Of a stretch of DNA of 64,000 nt, positions 56,255 to 64,000 are shown in pieces. This DNA is from a bacterium BMS3Bbin08 (lineage in GTDB: Bacteria; Nitrospirota; Thermodesulfovibrionia; UBA6902; BMS3Bbin08): contig BDTR01000053.1 in assembly GCA_002897775.1 (NCBI GenBank), forward strand, positions 90,160 through 154,159, read 5' to 3'. How positions within the stretch are numbered: the stretch's first letter is position 1; every line of letters starts with the position of its first letter. The notes beneath the pieces were generated by a model that saw nothing but the letters and a program-made list of their open reading frames with translations, did not search any database and was not told the DNA's origin. The position numbers and the translations under genes are program-made.

Positions 56255-58999
56255 CTATGTTTTCACGGCGCTGTTATGGATCTTTTTGAAGAGTTCCCCT
56301 GCTTTGGCGCCGTCATCCGGGTAACAGACAGGCCCGAGCACAGCCGGAAACGCTCCCCCGCTGACCGGGTTTTGCATGAACATCTGTACTATTCTCTCTT
56401 TTATGTCCTCCGCGTCTTTTTTCGAGGTCCCTATCAACGCTATTATCAGGAGGTCAAAATCCGGGTGATAGATAATACGGTCAGAGGAGCGCGTAATAAC
56501 TTTGCGTATGATCTCTACTATCTGATTCGCGTGCCAGATACCCGGACCTCCCGGGCTTTTCGCTCCGGTCATTCCGTCCTGCCCGGGCTTTACGCCAATC
56601 AGAGAGAACGCCGGATTCCCCATTAACTGCTGGATCTCCTTTTCGAACACCTCTGTTTCAGGCGGCTTTTGAGAAAAGACAGGAAGCGTAAAGAAAAAAC
56701 TGCTTCCTTTATTTACCTGGCTGGTCACCGAGATCTCCCCGCCGTGCGCTTCGACCATCTGCTTTACAATAGCAAGGCCAAGGCCTGAACCCTGTGTCTT
56801 TCGCGACAGGGAATCCTCGACCTGATAGAACTGGTCAAATATATGCCTCTGATCATCCGCAGGAATGCCGACCCCGGTGTCTTTGACCTTAACACCGACT
56901 TTATCCCCCATGTTCTCGGCGGACACGGTTATCTGTCCTTTTTCAGGCGTAAATTTCAGGGCATTGTCCATGAGATTGAACAGGACCTGTTCGATCCTGT
57001 CGGAATCCGCGCGGACAGCGGGAAGGTCCTCGGGAAGATCCGTTCCAAGCTGTACAGACCTCTCACTGGCGCGCGGCTTGAATGTTTCAACCGCGTACTG
57101 CATGAGGTGCTTTATATCAACCCCTGAGAACCTGAGCTCTATTTTGCCGGCCTCCAGCCTGGAAAGATCAAGAAGGTCATTGATCAATCTGGCCAGCCTG
57201 TCTATATTACGCTCCGCCATGGACATAAAACGCTTTTGCGTGTCATTAAGCGCGCCTGTTTTCCCGGTTATCATGAGCTGGATAGCGTTTTTTATGGAAG
57301 TAAGAGGCGTCCTCAGATCATGCGAAACAACGGAAACGAACTCAGACTTCATCTGGTTAAGTTTGTGGAGCCTTCTGTTCACTTCTTTCAGTGTGTCCTC
57401 TGCCATCTTGATGGTAGTGATATCAAAAAAAGATATTAAAAAATTTTTTTTGCCTTCCCAGCTGGTCTCGACCACATACATCTCCGCGATACCCTTTTCA
57501 CAGCTACCGCGGATTATGTCGACCTCGGCTTTGCCCTCTGAAACCGGGAACCCGAACTCACTGCCTACAAGATCATCCGCTTTTCTGCCGAAAAGATCTT
57601 CCGCGGAATTATTAACAAAATCAACTGTCCCTTCACTGTTTACGATCACTACGCCGCCGGGGCTTTTCTGTACAATGGACATGAAGTTGTCCTTGCTTTC
57701 TTCCAGTTCCTTCATCAGTTTTTTACGTTCAGTGATATCCTTGGAAATGTGAACACACCCTTTAAGCTTGCCGTTATCGTCCAGGATGGGAGATGTAGTG
57801 ACCAGGAGAGGTACGCCGATATTCGGGTCATCCACCTCTTCTGTATGCGGTTTCATGTCAGACTTTGTGTCTTCAAATGGACAATTATTCCACGGCGCGT
57901 CCTGATTATGGAGCAATTTATAGCATTTTTTACCTATAAGGTCCTCAGGTCTTGACTTCATTGCCTCGGCAAAGGACCTGTTCACTTTAGTTATGGTGTT
58001 ATTCTCATCCTGAATAAATATCAGGTCAGCTATGCTGTCAAAGGTTTTACTCCATTTTTCAGAGGCGTTAAACAGCTCTTTTTCCAGTTTTTTTCGTTCT
58101 ATTACCCCTGCGAGGGTAGTAGCCACTGCGGTCAAAAATTCTTCTTCCTCCTGACTGCGGGCATGACCCTCTTTTGAATACAGATTAATTAATCCCACCA
58201 CCTTGTCCTTGGACATGACAGGGACACAGTAATGACCATGAGGGGCGATACCATCAAACCTGTTCTCATGGCGCTCATCAATACAGTCTGAAAATTCTAT
58301 TTTTCCTGACAACGCGGCGCGGCCGCAAAGACACCTGCCGAACGGGACCCTGGCGCATAAATTCAGTAACGGTTCTGCCAGTCCTATTTGCGCTTTGAGC
58401 ACCAGCACTTCAGGTTCATCTTCAACCAGAAAAATAGCGCCCTTTGGCTCAAGGGTAAGCCAGGGGAAAGGGGCATAAATTATCAGATCTATTACCTGCT
58501 TCAGGATCTCCGGAAGGGGAATGTCCTGAAACGGCAGATGCAGTATTTTATTAAGGATGTCCTGGATCTGAGAGTTTCTCTGTATCTTTTCTTCCGCCTG
58601 CTTACGCTCAATGGCGTAACGTACAGCGCGCGCCAGCAGGCCGCTTTCAACCTGTCCTTTGACCAGATAGTCCTGGGCGCCGGCCTTCACTGCCCTGATC
58701 GCGAACTCCTCGTCAGCCAGGCCGCTCAGGATAACGATCGGAACCATTGGGGCCCGGTTGCGCATACTGGTGAAGGTCTTGATCCCCTGGCTGTCCGGCA
58801 GGGAAAGGTCAAGAAGAACGATGTCCACATCGCCTGTTAACAAGTGTTCCGTCCCTTCTGAAAGACTGCCCGCCCACTTTAGCTCAAATTTTTCGTTTTT
58901 TATCTCGTTGAGCATTTCCTTTAACAGACGCGCGTCTCCGGGATTGTCCTCAACAAGAAGGATATTAATGGGCCTGACAACTGCTTTAGTCTCTTTCAT
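56255..58999 (-). CDS. Hybrid kinase REC-GAF-PAS-PAS-HisKA-HATPase with degenerate GGDEF-like C-terminus
   Basis: SHDLRTPL, NLMDNALKF, DTGVGI, GSGLGL; tail ...GPVCYPDDG...ELFKK. Confidence 0.9.
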   Translation of the reverse strand: MKETKAVVRPINILLVEDNPGDARLLKEMLNEIKNEKFELKWAGSLSEGTEHLLTGDVDIVLLDLSLPDSQGIKTFTSMRNRAPMVPIVILSGLADEEFAIRAVKAGAQDYLVKGQVESGLLARAVRYAIERKQAEEKIQRNSQIQDILNKILHLPFQDIPLPEILKQVIDLIIYAPFPWLTLEPKGAIFLVEDEPEVLVLKAQIGLAEPLLNLCARVPFGRCLCGRAALSGKIEFSDCIDERHENRFDGIAPHGHYCVPVMSKDKVVGLINLYSKEGHARSQEEEEFLTAVATTLAGVIERKKLEKELFNASEKWSKTFDSIADLIFIQDENNTITKVNRSFAEAMKSRPEDLIGKKCYKLLHNQDAPWNNCPFEDTKSDMKPHTEEVDDPNIGVPLLVTTSPILDDNGKLKGCVHISKDITERKKLMKELEESKDNFMSIVQKSPGGVVIVNSEGTVDFVNNSAEDLFGRKADDLVGSEFGFPVSEGKAEVDIIRGSCEKGIAEMYVVETSWEGKKNFLISFFDITTIKMAEDTLKEVNRRLHKLNQMKSEFVSVVSHDLRTPLTSIKNAIQLMITGKTGALNDTQKRFMSMAERNIDRLARLINDLLDLSRLEAGKIELRFSGVDIKHLMQYAVETFKPRASERSVQLGTDLPEDLPAVRADSDRIEQVLFNLMDNALKFTPEKGQITVSAENMGDKVGVKVKDTGVGIPADDQRHIFDQFYQVEDSLSRKTQGSGLGLAIVKQMVEAHGGEISVTSQVNKGSSFFFTLPVFSQKPPETEVFEKEIQQLMGNPAFSLIGVKPGQDGMTGAKSPGGPGIWHANQIVEIIRKVITRSSDRIIYHPDFDLLIIALIGTSKKDAEDIKERIVQMFMQNPVSGGAFPAVLGPVCYPDDGAKAGELFKKIHNSAVKT

Positions 59000-59043
59000 G
59001 CCTTCCTCTTATCCATCAGCAATTTGCTATTTACCCCTGCCTG

Positions 59044-59133
59044 TCCCGTAGTTCGGGATTGTCCAGATTCGTTTTATAACTCCCGCGTCTGGTTTTGCTA
59101 ACACAAAACCGCGGGTGCAGAATCTAACGGGGC
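59044..59133. repeat. Double-bulge element, copy 5 (intergenic)
   Basis: Compensatory change GGTTTTG/CAAAACC; inner bulge GTCT; extra TCCCG-TAGTT-CGGGA hairpin. Confidence 0.88.
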
Positions 59134-59186
59134 ACTGTCTTTAGTTATCTTTTACGATTCTCCATTCTCAATTCTCTGTTCACGAT

Positions 59187-59636
59187 TTACGGGGCTTCCT
59201 TTAAAGGAAGCTTCACTATCGTAAACCAGAAGTTTTCAATTGATTTCACTACCTTAATGAACTGCTCAAGGTCAACCGGCTTTGTGATGTAACAGTTCGC
59301 GTGATATTCATAAGTCTTCAGAACATCCTGCTCCGCGTCCGACGTTGTCAGAATAACTACAGGGATGTTCTTCAGTGCGGGATCGTTTTTTACTTCAGCC
59401 AGTACTTCCCGGCCGTCCTTTCTGGGCAGGTTCAGATCAAGAAGTATAATGTCCGGATAAGGCGCTTCGGAGTATGCACCCTGCCTGCGCAGGAACTCCA
59501 TAGCTTTCTCACCGTCCTCAACCACATGCAGACGGTGATACAGCTTACCCTCATTCAAACCTTCCTTTACCAGGCGTACATCGCCTGCATTGTCTTCGAC
59601 AAGCAGTATATTAAACGGTCTCATATTCTCTCGCAT
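59187..59636 (-). CDS. Single-domain response regulator (Rcp1-like)
   Basis: [39 protein letters not shown]. Confidence 0.93.
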   Translation of the reverse strand: MRENMRPFNILLVEDNAGDVRLVKEGLNEGKLYHRLHVVEDGEKAMEFLRRQGAYSEAPYPDIILLDLNLPRKDGREVLAEVKNDPALKNIPVVILTTSDAEQDVLKTYEYHANCYITKPVDLEQFIKVVKSIENFWFTIVKLPLKEAP

Positions 59637-59676
59637 AACTTTACTCCTTTACAGGTTCCCACATGCAGTATCCCCC

Positions 59677-59768
59677 TTTACCCCTGCCTGTCCCGTAGTG
59701 CGGGATGGTCCTGATCCTTCAGGATTTTTCCGCCCCGGTCGAAAACTCGCCATGGAGAGCGGATCAGA
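59677..59768. repeat. Variant composite element sharing its left end with copy 5
   Basis: TTTACCCCTGCCTGTCCCGTAGT(G/T)CGGGAT(G/T)GTCC shared with 59030-59064, then a TGATCC...GGATCA stem. Confidence 0.65.
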
Positions 59769-59822
59769 CGAGTCTGAACAGAGCTAACATTTGCTATACG
59801 TGATGCGTTTCTTCTTTGCTCT

Positions 59823-61766
59823 CTACTTTCTTCTCTCGTCCTTCCTCCCTCCTCCCCTGCCGGCAGGCAGGCTCGTCCTTCTTTCTTTTTTTACAGGTAT
59901 CGTGAAATAAAACGTTGAGCCCTTTCCATGCTCTGACTCGACCCAGATCTGCCCGCCGTGACGCTCCACGATCTTTTTGCATACCGCCAGCGCGATACTC
60001 GGCTCGGAATATCCGGGCTTGCTATGCAAGCGCTGGAATATCTGAAAGATCTTTTCCCTGTACTTCTGCTCTATTCCTGTCCCGTTGTCTCTCACGGAAA
60101 AGATCCACGTTTCATTGTCATTTTTGGCTGAAACATGCACGCGAGGCGGTTCTTCGCCGCGAAATTTGATCGCGTTGCCTATAAGGCTTTGCAATAACTG
60201 GGTTAGCTGAACATCATCAGCCATGACCTCAGGCAGGGGGTCATGCGTTACTTTTGCCCTGTTGCTTTGTATAAATGGCGCGAGGTCTGTGAGGACCTGT
60301 GTGAGGACCGCTTCACAGTCGATCTGTTTGAACGCCCTTCCTGCCATACTTACCCTTGAATAAGCCAGCAGTCCCTTGATCAGCATCTGCATTCTTTTTG
60401 TGCCTTCAACAATAAAACCGATAAAATCACGGGTATCCGTATCAAGATTTTCCTCATGTTTTTTCGCAAGCAGCTGTACATAGCTCGATACTGTCCGGAG
60501 GGGCTCCTGCAGGTCGTGTGATGCCACAAAAATAATACGCTGCAGTTCTGTATGCGCCCGTATCAGTTCCTGAGATTGTCTGATAAGGGTTTTTTCCGAT
60601 TCCTTTATGCCGGTAATGTCCCTTGCCGTGCAGATCAGGTTCGTTATACCGCCGCTTTTGTCTTTCATCACAGAACCGCTGAAGAGCACGGGTATCGTCT
60701 TCCCGTCTTTTGTTTTATAATTCGTCTCATAACTCGATACCCGGCCGTCTTTTGCAAGCCGGTCAAAAATTGTTCCTTCACGAAAAACCTTTTCTTCTCC
60801 AGGAAACAGGAAATTAAAGTTTTTCCCAATCAATTCCTTCTCTCCATACCCCAGCAGGCCGCAGGCCGCCCTGTTGACCGTCCTGATTTTTTTGTCAGGG
60901 GTCGTCACAATCAGGGCGTCGCTCATATTGGCGAAGATTGAATCCACATAGTTCTTATCCACCAGTTTTGACCTCTGTTCCCTCAGGTCCCTGACCATCC
61001 GGTTGAAAGAACCGGACAATTCTCCGATTTCATCATCTGACTTAACCCTTATTTCCTGTGACAGATCGCCTTGAGCAACACGTCTTGTCCCCTCTACTAA
61101 TTCATGGATCGGCCTGGCCAGCGCCCTGCCCATAAAAAAAGCAACCATAACGGTAAAGAATATAGAAGTAACCAGGGCTACGCCTAATACCTTCCTGGAC
61201 ATTTCCGTTACTTTAAGGATGGCCATGTTCTTATTTTCGATTTTTAATGTTATTCCATCCAGGGCTTCCCGGGTTAAGTGAACAATTCTGTGCGCTGCCT
61301 GCAGCGCTTCATCTTCCATCTCTTTTGTTGATGTGCCTCCAATATAACCCTCCCTTACTTCCAATCCGTATGCATATACAGCCTGCCTGAAAGTCTTTAG
61401 CTCCTTAACCACGAGGTCTGTTTCAGCCAGATCATTTTCATCGGAAGACAAATTTTTAACATCTTCAATCTCGCTGAGTGCCTTTTTGATAAGCAGGCTT
61501 ACAGGCGCTATAAGCTCACTCCTGCCTAAGTAATAATCATAAAGGCTGTCCTTGGCATCGGTAGTTACCTCAAACAGAGCGTGCCATTTTTTCATTTTCG
61601 CTTCTTCAACGGTTATGATATTTTCAAGTCTTTCCGCGCTGCTGGACATAACCGCGTAAGACAGAATACTCACTGCGACAACAATTAAAAGCAGAATCCC
61701 CAGCCCAAGGTTACGTACGGTCCTAAATGACAAAATTAACGGCCTCCCCGGATCATGTATCCACAC
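59823..61766 (-). CDS. Membrane HAMP-PAS histidine kinase (Cph1-like transmitter, degenerate G2 box)
   Basis: Two TM helices, HAMP, PAS, ASHDLQEPLR, GNAIKF, DNGTGI, FQRLH, but YSEPSIALA in place of the G2 box. Confidence 0.9.
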   Translation of the reverse strand: MWIHDPGRPLILSFRTVRNLGLGILLLIVVAVSILSYAVMSSSAERLENIITVEEAKMKKWHALFEVTTDAKDSLYDYYLGRSELIAPVSLLIKKALSEIEDVKNLSSDENDLAETDLVVKELKTFRQAVYAYGLEVREGYIGGTSTKEMEDEALQAAHRIVHLTREALDGITLKIENKNMAILKVTEMSRKVLGVALVTSIFFTVMVAFFMGRALARPIHELVEGTRRVAQGDLSQEIRVKSDDEIGELSGSFNRMVRDLREQRSKLVDKNYVDSIFANMSDALIVTTPDKKIRTVNRAACGLLGYGEKELIGKNFNFLFPGEEKVFREGTIFDRLAKDGRVSSYETNYKTKDGKTIPVLFSGSVMKDKSGGITNLICTARDITGIKESEKTLIRQSQELIRAHTELQRIIFVASHDLQEPLRTVSSYVQLLAKKHEENLDTDTRDFIGFIVEGTKRMQMLIKGLLAYSRVSMAGRAFKQIDCEAVLTQVLTDLAPFIQSNRAKVTHDPLPEVMADDVQLTQLLQSLIGNAIKFRGEEPPRVHVSAKNDNETWIFSVRDNGTGIEQKYREKIFQIFQRLHSKPGYSEPSIALAVCKKIVERHGGQIWVESEHGKGSTFYFTIPVKKERRTSLPAGRGGGRKDERRK

Positions 61767-62785
61767 GCGTTAGTCTCTATATCTACGCCGGCTTCTTTAA
61801 TCATCTGGTCCTGTAAGGCATAATCTTCATCTCTGGTTTCTATGAATCTGACGGCCCCGAAATTTTTGAGCACTAATCTTCCTTCCCTGCTCTTGTCGAG
61901 GTTCAGCAGTAAATTTTTTATCCGGCTTTTCAGGGCAGGATCCAGATACCTGCTGACCGCCAGTCCGTTTGACGGCATTTCCTGTGATTCCGCAAGAACG
62001 ACCATCTGGTTCCTGAAATCCTGGTCTTCCCGTGCCAACGCGTTAAAGATACGGTTTTTACAGCTGCCGATATCAGCCTCTCCTGTATACACTGCCCACG
62101 CAGAAGTGTCATGGCTGCCGGCAAAATATATTTTAGAAAAGTAATTCTCCATATCACTGATACCGTGTCTTTTGAAATATGCCCGTGGAAAGATGTAGCC
62201 GGCTGTTGTGGCCCTATGGACTAAAGCTATGCTTTTCCCCTCCATATCTTCCACAGTCCTGATACCGCTGTCCCTGCGTACAAATATATAGCCGCTGTAT
62301 GTAGAACTGTTGTCCAGCCATACCGGCCGCGCAACAGGCTCTATCGCGACTTTATTGCGGGTCATGATATAACTGAAGCCGCCAAAAAATCCCGCGTCCG
62401 CCTCACCTCTCAGAAAAGCCCGGCATATATCTCCATAACTCGGCAGGATTTCTGCCTGGACGTCCAGATCAAGCTTTTTAGAAAGATAATTGGTGATGTG
62501 TTTATATTGGTTCCTCTGGTCAAAAACATTCTTTTCAGGTATAAGGACAATAACAAATTTATCTCCTTTCCTGAACTTTTTTACACGGGGCCGGACAACC
62601 TCTTTCTGTGTTTTAACATCGGTTGGAAAGCCCTCATCCGCGCATACCTGCGAGACGTTCAGGATCGTAAAATCTCCCAGTGAGCTGACATGACCCGCAA
62701 TGTCCGCCGGACCAGGCATAATCATGTAAAAAACCGTTACTATGCATATTTTTATTTTCATGTTTTCGTATTCTCTATTTGGCAA
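61736..62785 (-). CDS. PhnD/PtxB-family phosphate/phosphonate-type solute-binding protein
   Basis: LIPE, Y..YIFVRRDSGI, TTAGYIFP, GSHD, GEADIG; no ABC partners. Confidence 0.85.
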   Translation of the reverse strand: MPNREYENMKIKICIVTVFYMIMPGPADIAGHVSSLGDFTILNVSQVCADEGFPTDVKTQKEVVRPRVKKFRKGDKFVIVLIPEKNVFDQRNQYKHITNYLSKKLDLDVQAEILPSYGDICRAFLRGEADAGFFGGFSYIMTRNKVAIEPVARPVWLDNSSTYSGYIFVRRDSGIRTVEDMEGKSIALVHRATTAGYIFPRAYFKRHGISDMENYFSKIYFAGSHDTSAWAVYTGEADIGSCKNRIFNALAREDQDFRNQMVVLAESQEMPSNGLAVSRYLDPALKSRIKNLLLNLDKSREGRLVLKNFGAVRFIETRDEDYALQDQMIKEAGVDIETNACGYMIRGGR

Positions 62786-63650
62786 AAATTAAGGTTAAAC
62801 TCTCGCTGATATCGCCGATGCCGTAAAGCGGCTGGGACAATTCTCTGTTCTCCTTCCTGCCCGCTATCTCGTAACGCGATACCCCGAACCAGAAGCTCTT
62901 TTGCCGATCAAACCGGACGTCATCGTTATTTCCGGTATCCAGCGCCCTGCCAAATTCTATTGTCCATCTTCCTTTATTCCAGACCCCTTTGGCCCTCACA
63001 TCCGCGCGGCTGCCTGTTGGTATCTGATTGGCAAATCTCGGGAATACATCGCCTTTGTACTCTATCTGGAGTTCTGTCCTGTATGCGGCTGTCCCGGAAT
63101 CCTCCTTGCGGAGCAAATAAATCTTTTTTCCGGTCTTGCTGGTTAATTCGGTAGTACCTTCTATATAGTTAAGACTTAAGCTCTGAATTTTATCGTCGGA
63201 ATAGCCCACCGGGTCGGTCCTTCCGGCCTTCCAGAACCAGATATCTGCTTTATATGAATTGTCCGCATGGATACTTAAATCAACAGGCTCCGGTCCCATA
63301 TTCCATTTGAAAACAAAAACATCTTCCCTGTCCTTTCCGCCCCTGTAAAGCTTTCTGCCTTTATCCCACACCCAGCTCTTATGGGTCCTGGACTCATCAG
63401 GGTCGGGAAAACTGACCAGAAAGAATATCTCTTTGCCGGTATAGACTGCTTTCAGGGTAATATCAATATCAGCTGTATCGTCATGTGTGGTGATCTTCTC
63501 TGCCTCCGCCCATACCTTGTCAGCGCCAATTCCGTCAATGACCGGCGGAATCTCAACTTTTTGGGCTGTAAGTATCTGGTCAGAATAGGCTGTATCAAAA
63601 ATAAGCACACAGCCTGTCAGTACTGCAAGAAAAGCTATTGCTTGTCTCAC
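62775..63650 (-). CDS. Exported ethylbenzene-dehydrogenase-like (DOMON, heme b) protein
   Basis: Signal peptide, PPVIDG...W, LKAVY, DRED, ADIWFWKAGR, G.W....WTIEFGRAL.TG..DD. Confidence 0.75.
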   Translation of the reverse strand: MRQAIAFLAVLTGCVLIFDTAYSDQILTAQKVEIPPVIDGIGADKVWAEAEKITTHDDTADIDITLKAVYTGKEIFFLVSFPDPDESRTHKSWVWDKGRKLYRGGKDREDVFVFKWNMGPEPVDLSIHADNSYKADIWFWKAGRTDPVGYSDDKIQSLSLNYIEGTTELTSKTGKKIYLLRKEDSGTAAYRTELQIEYKGDVFPRFANQIPTGSRADVRAKGVWNKGRWTIEFGRALDTGNNDDVRFDRQKSFWFGVSRYEIAGRKENRELSQPLYGIGDISESLTLIFAK

Positions 63651-63691
63651 GTCCCACCTCGTAAACCGTTTTTTTTATATTTCCTGTTCTC

Positions 63692-64000
63692 TCATCTGGC
63701 GCCAGGCAGTTTGGCAATTGTAAACCAGAATTTTTCAATTGCTGTTATTACCCTGTTAAACTGCTCGAAATCCACCGGTTTTGTGACATAGCAGTTAGCG
63801 TGGTGCTCATAAGTCTTCGTGATATCCTGTTCCGCGTCTGACGTCGTCAGGACAATTATTGGTATATTTTTCAATTTCATGTCGTTCTTGATCTCAGCCA
63901 GCACCTCCCGGCCGTCTTTTCTGGGCAGGTTCAGGTCAAGCAATACAATATCAGGACGCGGCGCTCCGGAAAACTCAGCCTCCTGCCGCAGGAACTCCAT
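63692..64000 (-). CDS. Rcp1-like single-domain response regulator, 5' end outside the window
   Basis: [28 protein letters not shown]; paralog of 59187..59636. Confidence 0.9.
   Translation of the reverse strand: MEFLRQEAEFSGAPRPDIVLLDLNLPRKDGREVLAEIKNDMKLKNIPIIVLTTSDAEQDITKTYEHHANCYVTKPVDFEQFNRVITAIEKFWFTIAKLPGAR

Noticed and set aside
46975-59133. Palindromic repeats as a CRISPR array
   Set aside because: Copies are kilobases apart, separated by whole genes, about 80 bp long, with no spacers or cas genes.
61736-62785. Phosphonate uptake (phn) operon
   Set aside because: No phnC/phnE or C-P lyase genes; the context is sensory.
560-63791. The many plus-strand ORFs in the track
   Set aside because: They are antisense shadows of well-supported minus-strand genes and lack motifs; only the receiver remnant near 43662 is kept.

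Overview
A 64-kb window from a diderm, probably anaerobic bacterium (style fits Omnitrophota/Nitrospirota/Desulfobacterota, but taxonomy cannot be fixed from this sequence). Almost all real genes are on the minus strand. Left part (1-26 kb): a surface/exopolysaccharide locus with seven GT4-like glycosyltransferases, a B12 radical SAM enzyme, a methyltransferase, a CapK-like ligase, Wzm/Wzt, two O-antigen-ligase/Wzy-like proteins, an FnlA/RmlD-like/FnlC nucleotide-sugar trio, a NusG paralog, Wzc, Wza and an OM beta-barrel. Right part (26-64 kb): a dense signalling island with about 22 two-component genes (11 stand-alone receivers, 9 kinases, one HD-GYP and one NtrC regulator), a 7-heme cytochrome, two orphan solute-binding proteins, a subtilase, and an orphan PilB/GspE ATPase next to a KaiB-like gene without KaiC. 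Most striking: (1) a family of nested palindromic elements with recurring GTCC bulges and compensatory base changes that supplies the same C-terminal tail and UAG stop to three histidine kinases; (2) six paralogous receivers with a shared novel C-terminal motif, paired twice with an exported FecR-like protein, one pair heading the EPS operon; (3) the PilB-KaiB pair; (4) two small genes missed by the ORF track. No rRNA, tRNA, CRISPR array or transposase was recognised. Family calls come from motif recognition, not database searches.
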